Part shown: piece after piece, positions 1 to 12,275 of the stretch | Numbering within the stretch: position 1 is the first letter of the stretch | Layout of the letters: each line of letters opens with the position of its first letter | NCBI GenBank assembly: GCA_035517075.1 | Contig: DATIZN010000028.1 | Coordinates: 1,758 to 65,757 of the forward strand | Direction of reading: 5' to 3' | Length of the DNA stretch: 64,000 bases | From: Gaiellaceae bacterium | GTDB lineage: Bacteria > Actinomycetota > Thermoleophilia > Gaiellales > Gaiellaceae | The notes under the pieces: generated by a model | What the model saw: the letters and a program-made list of their open reading frames with translations, nothing else | Databases searched by the model: none | Told to the model about the DNA's origin: nothing | Program-made: the position numbers and the translations under genes

Positions 1-893
1 ACCCGAAGGGCGCCGCGGCGCTCGCGGAGATCGCCGGCACGGTCGGGATCGAGGAGACGGAGCGCCAGCTCAAGATCACGATCCTGCCCGACAGCGGCAA
101 CGAGGAGGACGAGTTCTCGGTCACCGTCCCGCGTCGGACGCGCCTGTCGGTCGTCCACGGCGAGCGCGTCGAGGCGGGCGATCCGCTCCACGAGGGCTCG
201 CTCAACCCGGCCGACCTGCTGCGGCTCAAGGGCTACACGTCCACCGAGCTGTACCTCGTCGGCGAGGTGCAGAAGGTCTACAAGTCGCAGGGCGTCGAGA
301 TCCACGACAAGCACATCGAGCTGATCGTCCGGCAGATGCTGAAGAAGGTGCGGGTCGAGAACGCCGGCGAGACCGACCTCCTGCCGGGCCAGCTCGTCGA
401 CAAGGTCGTGCTCGACCGGGAGAACACGCGCGTCCGCAAGGAGAAGAAGGAGAAGGCGACCTCCGAGCCGCTGATCCTCGGGATCACGAAGGCCTCGCTC
501 GCGACCGAGTCCTTCCTCTCCGCGGCGTCCTTCCAGGAGACGACGAAGGTCCTGACCGACGCGGCGATCGAGGGCAAGGTCGACCGGCTGCTCGGGCTGA
601 AGGAGAACGTCATCATCGGGAAGCTGATCCCGGCGGCGACGGGCCTGAAGCGGTACCGGACGATCGAGATCGGCCCGTCCGACAAGGTGCCGGCGAGCGC
701 GCTCGCACGGCCCCAGACGGAGGAGCAGCTGCTCGCGGCACTCGAGGAGATCGGCTCCGACGGCTCGGACGCGCTCGCCGGGCTCGGGCTCGACTTCGGC
801 GGCGGGCCGGAGACCCCGGGCGACGCCGAGCCGCGCAGCGACCTCGAGGCGGAGGAGATTCCCGAGGTCGAGACGCCGCTCGACGAGGCGTAA
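1..893 (+). CDS. rpoC: DNA-directed RNA polymerase beta' subunit, C-terminal fragment (5' end outside window)
   Basis: The frame is open from the window edge to TAA 891-893. The translation (...[25 protein letters not shown]...[55 protein letters not shown]...) is the conserved beta' C-terminus followed by an acidic tail. Confidence 0.95.
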   Translation, partial: PKGAAALAEIAGTVGIEETERQLKITILPDSGNEEDEFSVTVPRRTRLSVVHGERVEAGDPLHEGSLNPADLLRLKGYTSTELYLVGEVQKVYKSQGVEIHDKHIELIVRQMLKKVRVENAGETDLLPGQLVDKVVLDRENTRVRKEKKEKATSEPLILGITKASLATESFLSAASFQETTKVLTDAAIEGKVDRLLGLKENVIIGKLIPAATGLKRYRTIEIGPSDKVPASALARPQTEEQLLAALEEIGSDGSDALAGLGLDFGGGPETPGDAEPRSDLEAEEIPEVETPLDEA

Positions 894-906
894 GCGGAAC
901 GACCGG

Positions 907-935
907 TGGCTGCCGCCGCGGAGCGGTGGCAGCCA
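907..935 (+). terminator. GC-rich stem-loop just after rpoC (terminator-like, no U-tract)
   Basis: TGGCTGCCGCCG and CGGTGGCAGCCA pair over about 12 bp (one G.T) around loop CGGAG, 14 nt after the rpoC stop. No T-run follows, so intrinsic-terminator function is uncertain. Confidence 0.3.
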
Positions 936-964
936 TCACGTCGTCGTCCGCGTACGCTTCCGCC

Positions 965-1486
965 ATGCTCGAGCGCCTGTGGGGGACGGTTCCGGTCGGC
1001 CCCGAGACGCGGGGAACGCGCCTCGCCGGCGCGGTCGGCCGGCGCTGGCTCCACGTCGTCGCCCGCTACGCGCCGCTGCCGCCGGTCACGCGCGCCGCAC
1101 TCCACCGCCGCCGCGGCGTCGGCGTCGGGCGGCGCGTCTTCATCGGCACCGAGGTGTTCATCGACGACGCCTCGCCCTCGTCGGTCACGATCGAGGACGA
1201 CGTCACCGTCGCCGCCCAGGCGACCATCCTCGGCCACGCGTACTACCCGCGCCACTTCCACCGTCTGCTCGGCGACGAGGCGACGACCGAGCAGCGGCGG
1301 ACGACGATCGGCCGTGGGGCCTTTCTCGGCCTGCGGAGCACGATCCTGCCCGGGGTGACGGTCGGGGAGTACGCGATCGTCGGCGCCGGCGCCGTCGTCG
1401 CGGAGGATGTCGCGCCGTACACGATGGTGGTCGGCGTTCCCGCCCGCGTCGTCCGCGAGTTCTCGGCCGAGGACATCGACGCCTAG
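965..1486 (+). CDS. hexapeptide-repeat (left-handed beta-helix) acetyl/acyltransferase
   Basis: Hexapeptide repeats are present (...TIGRGAFLGLRSTILPGVTVGEYAIVGAGAVVAEDVAPYTMVVGVPARVV). I chose ATG 965 because the alternative GTG 926 lies inside the hairpin after rpoC; either start is possible. Confidence 0.75.
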   Translation: MLERLWGTVPVGPETRGTRLAGAVGRRWLHVVARYAPLPPVTRAALHRRRGVGVGRRVFIGTEVFIDDASPSSVTIEDDVTVAAQATILGHAYYPRHFHRLLGDEATTEQRRTTIGRGAFLGLRSTILPGVTVGEYAIVGAGAVVAEDVAPYTMVVGVPARVVREFSAEDIDA

Positions 1487-1491
1487 CTCAC

Positions 1492-1607
1492 GGCCGGTAG
1501 CAGGTACTGCACGTCTTCGTAACGGCCGCTTGCGGCGCTTTCATGCGGACGAACGCGGGTCGCCGGCATTCGCCGGCACGATTTCGTGACGGTACCTGCT
1601 ACCGGCC
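1492..1607. repeat. inverted-repeat element, copy A (16-bp perfect terminal inverted repeats, 116 nt)
   Basis: GGCCGGTAGCAGGTAC (1492-1507) is the exact reverse complement of GTACCTGCTACCGGCC (1592-1607). An inner CACG/CGTG pair extends the stem. The element fills the gap between convergent genes, and a homologous copy lies at 60586-60688. Confidence 0.75.
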
Positions 1608-1615
1608 TCGGGGCT

Positions 1616-2794
1616 CTATGCCGCTCCGTCCGCGGCGGTCAAGCCGGGCGGCCGGGCGCTCTTGGCCGCATAGAGCGAGTGGTCGGCGCGCTCGAAGAGG
1701 CTCGTCCCGTCGTCCTGCGCCTGCAGCTCGGCGAGACCGGCCGAGATCCCGACCCGCCCGGCGTGGGGGAGCGGCCTCGCCGCGAACGCCTGCCTCATCC
1801 GTGCGGCGAGCAGCTGCAGCTCGTCGAGCCCCGACTCCGGGGCGATCACCGCGAACTCGTCGCCGCCGATCCGGCACGCGATGTCGGCGGCGCGGACGAC
1901 CTCCCGGATCCTTTCCGCCGCCTCCGCGAGCACGGCGTCGCCCGCGAGGTGCCCGATCCGGTCGTTGATCGCCTTGAAGCCGTCGACGTCGGCGACCAGG
2001 AGGGCGAGCCGGCGCCCGTAGCGCTGTGCCCGCGCGATCTCGCGCGCGAGCGTCTCGTGGAAGTAACGCCGGTTGTGGAGCCCGGTCAGCGCATCGAGGT
2101 CGGCGAGCTGGCGCGCCTCGCGGAAGCGGCGGGCGTTCTCGATCGCGGGCGCCGCCCGCTCGGCGAGCTCCGCGAGCCGGTCGACGTCCTCGGCGGCGAA
2201 GCGGGCGCCCGCCTCCCGCGTGTACGCCCCCAGCCAGCCGATCGGGGAGGCCCCGTTGGCGAGCGGCAGGACGAGCCCCGCCGTCACGGCGTGGACGGCG
2301 TATTCGCCGGCGGTCTGGTGATACGTCAGCTCGACTGCTCGTGCCGGCTGGCGGTCGGGCGGGCCGCCGAGCGCCTGCGCGTCGGGTTCCTCGCCCTCGA
2401 AGCCGAGCGACGCGGTCACCTGGTTTCCCCCGGCGCCGTCCACACGCACGAGCGCCGCGTCGACCTGCGGCAGCGAGAGCGCCGCCTCGAGCGTCCGCGC
2501 GAGGACGTCGTCGAGGTCGATCGAGCCTGCGATATCTCCCAGGAAGCGGTTGCGGCGCGCTTCGGACTCGGCTCGCCCGACGGCGTCGTTGAGCTCCTGC
2601 GCGAGCTCGTTCATCCGCGCCTCGAGGGTCCGCACCACCTCGGCCACGCGCGCGTCGGCCCGGCGCGCCGAGCGCCGGTTAGCGAACCCGAGCACGAAAA
2701 GGATCGCGGCGACGGCGACGCCGAGAGCGACGGAGAGCGCGAGTTCGAGGTGGTTCATCGGGGCCGAGCAGACTGTAAACGGGCGGCGGGGCAC
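1616..2794 (-). CDS. membrane-anchored GAF-GGDEF diguanylate cyclase with RxxD I-site
   Basis: The C-terminus ([51 protein letters not shown]...[17 protein letters not shown]) carries an intact GGDEF motif and an RAAD I-site 5 residues upstream. An N-terminal TM helix is present ([23 protein letters not shown]). The start is GTG 2794 or ATG 2758. Confidence 0.85.
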   Translation of the reverse strand: MPRRPFTVCSAPMNHLELALSVALGVAVAAILFVLGFANRRSARRADARVAEVVRTLEARMNELAQELNDAVGRAESEARRNRFLGDIAGSIDLDDVLARTLEAALSLPQVDAALVRVDGAGGNQVTASLGFEGEEPDAQALGGPPDRQPARAVELTYHQTAGEYAVHAVTAGLVLPLANGASPIGWLGAYTREAGARFAAEDVDRLAELAERAAPAIENARRFREARQLADLDALTGLHNRRYFHETLAREIARAQRYGRRLALLVADVDGFKAINDRIGHLAGDAVLAEAAERIREVVRAADIACRIGGDEFAVIAPESGLDELQLLAARMRQAFAARPLPHAGRVGISAGLAELQAQDDGTSLFERADHSLYAAKSARPPGLTAADGAA

Positions 2795-2838
2795 AGGCCA
2801 CGCCCGTGAGTCGGGGTTTTTCGGCTCCGCCAGCCGGT

Positions 2839-2867
2839 TTGCGGTGCCCGCCGGGCTTCGCTACCAT
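2839..2867 (+). promoter_or_regulatory. candidate sigma-A type promoter for the str operon
   Basis: TTGCGG (2839-2844), a 17-nt spacer and TACCAT (2862-2867) lie about 78 nt upstream of the rpsL ATG. This is a sequence match only. Confidence 0.3.
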
Positions 2868-2944
2868 GCCGCGGGCGGTTGGCAGGGGCAACGACCCCGG
2901 CCGGCCGTTTCTTTTCGACTGCTCCAAGAGGAAGACCAAGACTC

Positions 2945-3316
2945 ATGCCCACTGTGAACCAGCTCGTCCGGAAAGGCCGCAAGGCTCCGAAGGCGAAGAC
3001 GAAGACGCCCGCGCTCGCCGGCTCGCCGCAGAAGCGCGGCGTCTGCACGCGCGTCATGACGCAGACGCCGAAGAAGCCGAACTCGGCGCTGCGGAAGGTC
3101 GCGCGCGTCCGGCTCACGAACGGGGCGGAGGTCGGCGCCTACATTCCGGGCGAGGGGCACAACCTCCAGGAGCACTCCGTCGTGCTCGTGCGCGGCGGCC
3201 GCGTGAAGGACCTGCCGGGCTACCGGTACAAGGTCATCCGCGCGGCGCTCGACACGGGCGGCGTCGCCGATCGCAAGCAGGCGCGTTCGAAGTACGGCGC
3301 GAAGCGGGGTGGCTGA
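2945..3316 (+). CDS. rpsL: 30S ribosomal protein S12 (uS12)
   Basis: [57 protein letters not shown]... The track ORF begins at 2879, but the canonical N-terminus starts at ATG 2945. Confidence 0.97.
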   Translation: MPTVNQLVRKGRKAPKAKTKTPALAGSPQKRGVCTRVMTQTPKKPNSALRKVARVRLTNGAEVGAYIPGEGHNLQEHSVVLVRGGRVKDLPGYRYKVIRAALDTGGVADRKQARSKYGAKRGG

Positions 3317-3786
3317 TGCCGCGCCGTGCCGAGATCCAGGCGCGTCCGGTCGAGCCCGACTCCGTGTACAGCTCGCCGCTCGTCACGCAGGTGATCAACA
3401 AGGTGATGCTCGACGGCAAGAAGTCGATCGCCGAGCAGATCGTCTACGAGGCGCTCGAGAGCGTCGGGACGAAGACCGGCCGCCCGCCGGTCGAGGTGCT
3501 CGAGCAGGCCGTGAAGACGGTCACCCCGGTGCTGGAGGTGCGCGGCCGCCGCGTCGGCGGCGCGAACTACCAGGTGCCGGTCGAGGTGCCGCAGCGGCGC
3601 GCCAGGACGCTCGCCGTACGCTGGCTCGTCCAGTACGCGCGCGAGCGGCGCGAGAAGGGCATGCCCGACAAGCTGGCCAACGAGATCATGGACGCCCTGA
3701 ACCAGCAGGGCGGGGCGTTCAAGCGGAAGGACGACGTCTACCGGATGGCGCAGGCGAACAAGGCATTTGCGCACTACCGCTGGTAG
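3316..3786 (+). CDS. rpsG: 30S ribosomal protein S7 (uS7)
   Basis: [47 protein letters not shown]...AFAHYRW. The ATG overlaps the rpsL TGA (TGATG). Confidence 0.97.
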   Translation: MPRRAEIQARPVEPDSVYSSPLVTQVINKVMLDGKKSIAEQIVYEALESVGTKTGRPPVEVLEQAVKTVTPVLEVRGRRVGGANYQVPVEVPQRRARTLAVRWLVQYARERREKGMPDKLANEIMDALNQQGGAFKRKDDVYRMAQANKAFAHYRW

Positions 3787-3803
3787 ACGACAGAGAGGGA
3801 GAT

Positions 3804-5897
3804 TTGAGCACCAAGGCAACAGAGACGGCAGTCGCGCTCGACCGCGTCCGGAACATCGGGATCATGGCCCACATCGACGCGGGCAAGACGACGACGACCG
3901 AGCGGATCCTCTTCTACACCGGGATCAACTACAAGATCGGCGAGGTGCACGAGGGCGCCGCGACGATGGACTGGATGGCCCAGGAGCAGGAGCGGGGCAT
4001 CACGATCACGTCCGCCGCGACGACGGCGTTCTGGCGCGACCATCGCGTCAACATCATCGATACGCCCGGGCACGTGGACTTCACGGCCGAGGTCGAACGC
4101 AGCCTGCGCGTGCTCGACGGCGCGGTCGCCGTCTTCGACGCGGTCGCGGGCGTCCAGCCGCAGTCCGAGACGGTGTGGCGGCAGGCCGATAAGTACAAGG
4201 TGCCGCGGATCGCGTTCATCAACAAGATGGACCGCACCGGCGCGAACTTCTTCGCCGCCGTGCAGTCGATGCGCGACCGGCTCGGCGCGAACCCGGTGCC
4301 CGTCCAGATCCCGGTCGGCGCCGAGGACGCCTTCGCGGGTGTCGTCGACCTCGTCGAGATGCAGGCTGTGATCTACAAGGACGAGCTCGGGAAGGAGTTC
4401 GACCTCGTCGAGATCCCGGCCGAGCTCTCCGAGCAGGCGCACGAGTACCACCACCAGCTGATCGACGCGATCTCGCACTTCGACGACGAGGTGCTCGAGG
4501 CGTACATCGAGGACGAGTCCTCGGTCACGCCGGAGATGATCCGCCGCGCCGTCCGCGCCGGCACGCTCGCCGACGAGATCACGCCGGTGCTGCTCGGCTC
4601 CGCGTTCAAGAACAAGGGCGTTCAGCCGCTGCTCGACGCGGTCGTCGACTACCTGCCCAGCCCGCTCGACGTGCCGCCCGTGCACGGGGTCGACCCCAAG
4701 GACGGCTCTGACGAGGAGCGGCCGGCCGACCCGAAGGCGCCGTTCTCGGCCCTCGCGTTCAAGGTGATGTCCGACCCGTACGTCGGCAAGCTGACGTACT
4801 TCCGCGTCTACTCCGGCACGCTCAAGGCCGGCGACCGCGTCCTCAACACGACGACGGGCAAGACCGAGCGCATCGGGCGCATCCTCCAGATGCACGCGAA
4901 CCACCGCGAGGAGCGGGACGAGATCATGGCCGGCGAGATCGCGGCCGGCGTCGGCCTCAAGGCGACGACGACCGGCGACACGCTCGCCGCCGACGGCGCG
5001 CCGATCGTGCTCGAGTCGATCACCTTCCGCGAGCCTGTCATCTCGGTCGCCGTCGAGCCGAAGTCGAAGGTCGACCAGGACAAGCTCACGGCCGGTCTCG
5101 CACGACTCGTCGAGGAGGATCCGACCTTCCGCGTCCAGACCGACGAGGAGACGGGGCAGACGCTCATCTCCGGGATGGGCGAGCTGCACCTCGAGATCTT
5201 CGTCGATCGCCTGAAGCGGGAGTTCAACGTCGACGCGAACGTCGGGCGGCCGCAGGTCGCCTACCGCGAGACCGTCTCGAAGCCGGCCGCGCGCGTCCAG
5301 GGCAAGTTCGTCCGGCAGACGGGCGGCTCGGGCCAGTACGGCGACGTGGTGATCAACCTCTACCCGCAGCCGCCGGGCGCGGGCTACGAGTTCGTCGACA
5401 AGATCGTCGGCGGCAAGATCCCGAAGGAGTACATCCCGGCCGTCGACGCCGGAATCCGGGAGGCGATGGGCTCGGGCATCCTCGCCGGCTATCCGGTCGT
5501 GGACGTCAAGGTCGAGCTCGTCGAGGGGTCGTACCACGAGGTCGACTCGAGCGAGCGCGCGTTCAAGATCGCGGGCTCGATGGCCTTCAAGGAGGCGATG
5601 AAGCGGGCGAAGCCGAAGCTGCTCGAGCCCGTGATGGCGGTCGAGGTGACGACGCCGGAGGAGTACCTCGGCGACGTGATGGGTAACCTCAACAGCCGCC
5701 GCGGCCGCATCGAGTCGATGAACCCCCTGGGCAACGCCCAGGTCATCAAGGCGAGCGTCCCGCTGTCGGAGATGTTCGGGTACGCCACCGACCTGCGCTC
5801 GATGACGCAGGGTAGGGCCGATTTCACCATGCAGTTCGATCGCTACGAGGAAGTGCCTCAGTCGATCGCGAGCGAGATCATCGACGCTCAGGGCTAA
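3804..5897 (+). CDS. fusA: elongation factor G
   Basis: TTG 3804 sits after the SD GAGAGGGAG. The translation shows [26 protein letters not shown]...DTPGHVDF. Synteny after rpsG supports the call. Confidence 0.96.
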   Translation: MSTKATETAVALDRVRNIGIMAHIDAGKTTTTERILFYTGINYKIGEVHEGAATMDWMAQEQERGITITSAATTAFWRDHRVNIIDTPGHVDFTAEVERSLRVLDGAVAVFDAVAGVQPQSETVWRQADKYKVPRIAFINKMDRTGANFFAAVQSMRDRLGANPVPVQIPVGAEDAFAGVVDLVEMQAVIYKDELGKEFDLVEIPAELSEQAHEYHHQLIDAISHFDDEVLEAYIEDESSVTPEMIRRAVRAGTLADEITPVLLGSAFKNKGVQPLLDAVVDYLPSPLDVPPVHGVDPKDGSDEERPADPKAPFSALAFKVMSDPYVGKLTYFRVYSGTLKAGDRVLNTTTGKTERIGRILQMHANHREERDEIMAGEIAAGVGLKATTTGDTLAADGAPIVLESITFREPVISVAVEPKSKVDQDKLTAGLARLVEEDPTFRVQTDEETGQTLISGMGELHLEIFVDRLKREFNVDANVGRPQVAYRETVSKPAARVQGKFVRQTGGSGQYGDVVINLYPQPPGAGYEFVDKIVGGKIPKEYIPAVDAGIREAMGSGILAGYPVVDVKVELVEGSYHEVDSSERAFKIAGSMAFKEAMKRAKPKLLEPVMAVEVTTPEEYLGDVMGNLNSRRGRIESMNPLGNAQVIKASVPLSEMFGYATDLRSMTQGRADFTMQFDRYEEVPQSIASEIIDAQG

Positions 5898-5927
5898 GCG
5901 AGAAGAAGGAGACAGGGAGAGCCACCA

Positions 5928-7118
<1,191 letters not shown>

Positions 7119-7136
7119 GAAGGACGGGAGGCGCCG

Positions 7137-7445
7137 GTGCCACAGCAGAAGATCCGCATCCGCCTCAAGGGCTACGACCACCAGCAGGTGGACAAATCCG
7201 CGCGCGACATCGTGGACACGGCCCAGCGCACCGGCGCCACCATCACCGGCCCCGTGCCTCTGCCCACCGAGAAGAACGTCTACTGCGTGATCCGCGGGCC
7301 CTTCATCGACAAGGACTCGCGTGAGCACTTCGAGGTGCGCACGCACAAGCGGCTGATCGACATCCATTCGCCGACCCCGAAGACGGTCGACTCGCTCATG
7401 CGGCTCGACCTGCCGGCCGGCGTCGACATCGAGATCAAGCTGTGA
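7137..7445 (+). CDS. rpsJ: 30S ribosomal protein S10 (uS10)
   Basis: GTG start. [43 protein letters not shown]... Confidence 0.97.
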   Translation: MPQQKIRIRLKGYDHQQVDKSARDIVDTAQRTGATITGPVPLPTEKNVYCVIRGPFIDKDSREHFEVRTHKRLIDIHSPTPKTVDSLMRLDLPAGVDIEIKL

Positions 7446-8068
7446 GAGGCATCATCGGAAGGAAGCTCGGAATGACGCAGCTCTTCGACGAGGAGAGCGG
7501 CGTCGTGACCCCGGTCACCGTGATCGAGGCGGGCCCGTGCCCCGTCGTCGCCGTCCGCACGCCGGACGCCGACGGCTACGAAGCCGTCCAGCTCGCCTGG
7601 GAGCCGGTCGCCGAGCGCAAGCTCTCGAAGGCCGAGCGCGGCCACCTGGCGAAGGCCGGGGTCGACGGCGCCTACCGGCATCTCGTCGAGTTCCGCGGCC
7701 ACTTCGCCGACGCCGTCCAGGGGGAAAGCGTCACGGTCGAGATCTTCCAGGCGGGCGACAAGGTCAAGGTCGCCGGCACGGGGATCGGCAAGGGCTTCCA
7801 GGGCACCGTGAAGCGGCACGGCTTCGGCCGCGGCCCGGTCACGCACGGATCGCACAACATCCGCAAGCCGGGCTCGATCGGCGCGTCGGCGACGCCGTCG
7901 CGCGTCTTCAAGGGCATCCGGATGGCCGGCCGGATGGGCGGCAAGCGCGTCACCCAGGTCGGGCTCACCATCCACTCGGTCGACCTCGAGCGCAACCTGC
8001 TACTCGTCAAGGGCGCCGTCCCGGGCCCGAAGAACGGGCTCGTCGAGATCAGGGAGGACGCGCGCTGA
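7442..8068 (+). CDS. rplC: 50S ribosomal protein L3 (uL3)
   Basis: [36 protein letters not shown]... The gene overlaps the rpsJ stop. Confidence 0.97.
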   Translation: MRGIIGRKLGMTQLFDEESGVVTPVTVIEAGPCPVVAVRTPDADGYEAVQLAWEPVAERKLSKAERGHLAKAGVDGAYRHLVEFRGHFADAVQGESVTVEIFQAGDKVKVAGTGIGKGFQGTVKRHGFGRGPVTHGSHNIRKPGSIGASATPSRVFKGIRMAGRMGGKRVTQVGLTIHSVDLERNLLLVKGAVPGPKNGLVEIREDAR

Positions 8069-8691
8069 TGGCGGCCCCGAAGGTACCCATGCTCGGCGGC
8101 TCGAAGAAGCAGGACGTCTCGCTCGACGAGGCCGTGTTCGGCGCGGAGATCAAGCCGCATCTCGTCCACGAGGCCGTGCGCGCGGAGCTGAACGCCGCGC
8201 GGCAGGGGACGCGCGCCGCGAAGAGCCGCGGGCTCGTCTCCGGCGGCCGCGCGAAGCCGTGGCGCCAGAAGGGCACCGGCCGCGCCCGCCAGGGCACGAT
8301 CCGCGCGCCGCAATTCGCCGGCGGTGGCGTCGCCTTCCCGCCGAGCCCGCGCGACTTCTCGGTCAAGGTCAACCGCAAGGCGCTCCGCGCCGCGCTGCGG
8401 GCCGCGCTCAGCGACCATGCGACGGCGGGCACGCTCGGCGTGCTGGCCGGCGGCGCGTTCGCCGAGCCCTCGACGAAGCAGGCCGCGGGGATGCTGCAGG
8501 ACTGGGGCGCGCAGGCGCCGACCCTCGTCGTCGCGACGGAGGACGAGACGGCGCTCATCAAGTCGTTCCGCAACCTCGACCGCGTCCTCGTCACCGTGCC
8601 CGCGGAGCTCGAGGTCGCCCAGGTCGTCTGGGCCCGCGCGCTCGTCGTCAGCGAGGCTGCGCTGCCTCTCGTGCAGGGCAGGTGCGCATGA
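8068..8691 (+). CDS. rplD: 50S ribosomal protein L4 (uL4)
   Basis: The ATG overlaps the rplC TGA. ...[35 protein letters not shown]... Confidence 0.96.
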   Translation: MAAPKVPMLGGSKKQDVSLDEAVFGAEIKPHLVHEAVRAELNAARQGTRAAKSRGLVSGGRAKPWRQKGTGRARQGTIRAPQFAGGGVAFPPSPRDFSVKVNRKALRAALRAALSDHATAGTLGVLAGGAFAEPSTKQAAGMLQDWGAQAPTLVVATEDETALIKSFRNLDRVLVTVPAELEVAQVVWARALVVSEAALPLVQGRCA

Positions 8692-8983
8692 GCCTTCATC
8701 CGGGCGAAGTCCTGATCTCGCCGGTCGTGAGCGAGAAGAGCTACGGCCAGATCGTCCAGAACCGCTACACGTTCAAGGTGCACTCCGACGCGCACAAGAC
8801 GCAGGTCCGCCAGGCCGTCGAGCAGCTGTTCGACGTCAAGGTCGTGGCCGTCAACATCGTCAAGGTGCAGCCGAAGCCGAAGCGTCGCGGCACGTTCAAG
8901 GGCACGCGCCCCGGCTGGAAGAAGGCGATCGTCGAGCTCAAGCCCGGCGACACGATCGAGATCTTCCAGGGAGCACAGTTGTA

Positions 8984-8984
<1 letters not shown>
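8688..8984 (+). CDS. rplW: 50S ribosomal protein L23 (uL23)
   Basis: ATGA overlap with rpl[53 protein letters not shown]... Confidence 0.96.
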
Positions 8985-9829
<845 letters not shown>

Positions 9830-9834
9830 ATCAA

Positions 9835-9863
9835 CGCTCGAACGTGCTGTGCACGTTCGAGCG
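9835..9863 (+). promoter_or_regulatory. perfect 13-bp stem-loop in the rplB-rpsS spacer
   Basis: CGCTCGAACGTGC TGT GCACGTTCGAGCG lies 6 nt after the rplB stop and just upstream of a strong SD (GGGGAGG). Confidence 0.6.
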
Positions 9864-9876
9864 GGGAGGCAGAACC

Positions 9877-9900
9877 ATGAAGAACAAGGTCAATAGATGA
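9877..9900 (+). other. 7-codon upstream ORF (MKNKVNR) coupled to rpsS
   Basis: ATG 9877 lies 7 nt after GGGGAGG. Its TGA (9898-9900) overlaps the rpsS ATG (9897-9899) as ATGA, and rpsS has no good SD of its own. Whether it is translated is untested. Confidence 0.35.
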
Positions 9901-10178
9901 GTCGCAGCAGCAAGAAGGGGCCGTTCGTGGAGGAGCGGCTGATGAGTCGGATCGAGGCGATGAACGCGTCGGGTCAGAAGAACATGATCCGCACCTGGTC
10001 ACGCACCTCGACGATCTTCCCGGAGATGGTGGGGCACACGATCGCCGTCCACGACGGTCGCAAGCACGTGCCCGTGTTCATCTCCGAGCAGATGGTCGGG
10101 CACAAGCTCGGCGAGTTCGCGCCGACGCGGACGTTCCGCGGCCACGCCGGCGATCGCACCGCGAAGGTGAAGCGTTGA
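9897..10178 (+). CDS. rpsS: 30S ribosomal protein S19 (uS19)
   Basis: [23 protein letters not shown]...[35 protein letters not shown]. Confidence 0.97.
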   Translation: MSRSSKKGPFVEERLMSRIEAMNASGQKNMIRTWSRTSTIFPEMVGHTIAVHDGRKHVPVFISEQMVGHKLGEFAPTRTFRGHAGDRTAKVKR

Positions 10179-10687
10179 CGGCAGTCGTCGAGCAGGAACG
10201 GCAGACGGTTCGCGCCCAGGCGAAGTGGGTGCACTCGAGCGCGCGCAAGGCGCGGCTCGTCACCGACCTGATCCGCGGGCGCAGCGTGCCCGAGGCGAGG
10301 ACGATCCTCGCCTTCTCGAAGCGTGCGGTCGCGAAGGACGTCGAGAAGGTGCTGCGCTCGGCCGTCGCGAACGCCGAGTCCCGGCCCGACCTGCTCTGGC
10401 ACGGCGACGACCTCGTCGTCGTCACGGCCGTCGCCGACGAGGGGCCGACACTGAAGCGCTGGCGTGCCCGCGCGCGCGGCCGCGTCGCCCGCATCCGCAA
10501 GCGCACCTGCCACATCACGATCGAGCTCGCGCAAGTGCCGAACGCGCCGGTGCGGGCCGCTTCGCCCGCTCCCGCACCGTCGCCCCCGCCGGCCGAGGAG
10601 CCAAAGCCAGAGGCGACGATCGAACCCGAACCCGACGAAGCAGAAGCAGAAGCCGAAGCAGAAGCCGAAGGGACTGACGAGAGCTAA
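10175..10687 (+). CDS. rplV: 50S ribosomal protein L22 (uL22) with an Ala/Pro/Glu-rich C-terminal tail of about 50 aa
   Basis: TTG start overlaps the rpsS TGA. The core is ...[35 protein letters not shown]...[10 protein letters not shown], followed by [49 protein letters not shown]. Confidence 0.95.
   Translation: MTAVVEQERQTVRAQAKWVHSSARKARLVTDLIRGRSVPEARTILAFSKRAVAKDVEKVLRSAVANAESRPDLLWHGDDLVVVTAVADEGPTLKRWRARARGRVARIRKRTCHITIELAQVPNAPVRAASPAPAPSPPPAEEPKPEATIEPEPDEAEAEAEAEAEGTDES
10637..10666 (+). repeat. in-frame hexanucleotide tandem repeat (GAAGCN)x5 encoding (EA)5
   Basis: gaagca gaagca gaagcc gaagca gaagcc, read directly from the rplV 3' end. Confidence 0.9.
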
Positions 10688-11853
10688 TGGGCCAGAAGAT
10701 CCATCCGGGCGGGCTCCGCGTGGGCGTCATCCACGACTGGAAGTCCAACTGGTACACGGGCAAGAAGGAGTTCGCGGACTACATCCTCGAGGACGTCAAG
10801 ATCCGCGAGCACATCTACGGCAAGCTCTCGCACGCGGGGCTGTCGGACATCCTGATCCGTAAGGACAAGCAGCGGATCACGGTCGACATCTACACCGCGC
10901 GCCCGGGCATCGTGATCGGCAAGTCGGGCGTCGAGGTCGACGCGCTGCGCCGCGAGCTGCACGCGCTCACCCAGAAGAACGTCCACATCAACATCAACGA
11001 GATCAAGCGCCCCGAGCTCGACGCGAAGCTCGTCGCGCAGTCGATCGCGGAGCAGCTCTCCAACCGCGTCGCCTTCCGGCGCGCGATGAAGCGCGCGCTC
11101 GCGTCGGCGATCCGCTCGGGCGCCGCCGGCGTGAAGATCCAGTGCTCGGGCCGCCTCGGCGGCGGCGAGATGAGCCGGCGCGAGACCTACAGCGAGGGCC
11201 GTGTCCCGCTGCACACGATCCGCGCCGATATCGACTACGGCTTCGTCGAGGCGCGCACGACCGCCGGCCGGATCGGCGTCAAGGTCTGGGTCAACAAGGG
11301 CGAGATCATGCCGGAGGGCTTCGAGGGCGGCGAAGGCACGCGGCTCGGCGACCAGGACACGCGGCGCCGCCGCGGCGGCGCGCTCGAGGGGCTCGGCGCG
11401 TCGCGCGAGAGCGGCCGCGGGCGCGGCCCCGACCGCGAGGGCCTCGGCCCCGTGCGGCAGCGGCGGCGCGGCCCGGGCGGCGGTCCGGGCGGCGGTCGCG
11501 GACGTGGCCGCGGACAGGGTTCCGGTGGGCCACGGCCGTCGGCCGGGCCGGGGCAGGGCGCACGTCCCGCCTCGGCGCGTCCCGGCGGACGCGACCGCGC
11601 GCGCGGCCAGGAGAATGCCGGGCAGCCGCCGTCGAACGAGGCGGTCGAGACTCCGGCTGTCGAGACTCCGCCGGTCGAGACTCCGCCGGTCGAGGCGACG
11701 CCGGCTCCCGAGGCTCCGGCGAGCGAGGCTCCGGCGAGCGAGGCTCCGCCCGGGGAGGCCGCTCCTGCCGAGGCTGCCCCCGCCGATGCGCAGGCCGTAG
11801 AGGAGAAGCCGAAGACCACGCGCGCGCGCAAGCCGAAGGGCGGTGAGAGCTGA
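10687..11853 (+). CDS. rpsC: 30S ribosomal protein S3 (uS3) with a low-complexity C-terminal extension of about 170 aa
   Basis: [43 protein letters not shown]... gives the KH and C-terminal domains up to ...[14 protein letters not shown]. An RG/RGG-rich segment and then VETPx/EAPAS/EAAPA repeats follow. The stop overlaps the rplP ATG. Confidence 0.93.
   Translation: MGQKIHPGGLRVGVIHDWKSNWYTGKKEFADYILEDVKIREHIYGKLSHAGLSDILIRKDKQRITVDIYTARPGIVIGKSGVEVDALRRELHALTQKNVHININEIKRPELDAKLVAQSIAEQLSNRVAFRRAMKRALASAIRSGAAGVKIQCSGRLGGGEMSRRETYSEGRVPLHTIRADIDYGFVEARTTAGRIGVKVWVNKGEIMPEGFEGGEGTRLGDQDTRRRRGGALEGLGASRESGRGRGPDREGLGPVRQRRRGPGGGPGGGRGRGRGQGSGGPRPSAGPGQGARPASARPGGRDRARGQENAGQPPSNEAVETPAVETPPVETPPVEATPAPEAPASEAPASEAPPGEAAPAEAAPADAQAVEEKPKTTRARKPKGGES
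11644..11703 (+). repeat. in-frame 15-nt tandem repeat x4 ([20 protein letters not shown]) inside rpsC
   Basis: gtcgagactccggct / gtcgagactccgccg / gtcgagactccgccg / gtcgaggcgacgccg. It is followed by gaggctccggcgagc x2 at 11710-11739. Confidence 0.9.
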
Positions 11854-12275
11854 TGCTCATGCCGAAGAAGACGAAGTTCCGCAAGGTCCACCGCGGCCAC
11901 CGGCGCGGCCCCTCGCGCGGCCAGACCGCCGTGCAGTTCGGCGACTACGGCCTGAAGGCGCTCGACGCGGGCTGGATCACGAACCGCCAGATCGAGGCGG
12001 CCCGGATCGCGATGACGCGCAAGATCAAGCGCGGCGGCAAGGTCTGGATCAACGTCTTCCCCGACAAGAGCTTCACGAAGAAGCCCGCGGAGACCCGCAT
12101 GGGCTCCGGCAAGGGCTCTCCCGAGGGCTGGGTCGCGGTGATCAAGCCCGGACGCGTGATGTTCGAGCTCGCGGGCGTGCCGGAGCCGCTTGCGAAGGAG
12201 GCGCTCCGCCTCGCGGGACAGAAGCTGTCGGTCAAGACGAAGGTGGTCAAGCGGGAGGCTGAGCTCTTTGACTAG
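11853..12275 (+). CDS. rplP: 50S ribosomal protein L16 (uL16)
   Basis: [56 protein letters not shown]... Confidence 0.97.
   Translation: MLMPKKTKFRKVHRGHRRGPSRGQTAVQFGDYGLKALDAGWITNRQIEAARIAMTRKIKRGGKVWINVFPDKSFTKKPAETRMGSGKGSPEGWVAVIKPGRVMFELAGVPEPLAKEALRLAGQKLSVKTKVVKREAELFD

Noticed and set aside
11330-11853. Repeat-rich stretches in rpsC, rpsE, rpsQ and rne, considered as possible CRISPR-like or intergenic tandem arrays.
   Set aside because: All the repeats are in frame within continuous GC3-rich coding sequence, their units are 6-15 nt without spacers, and no cas genes are present. They are coding low-complexity repeats.
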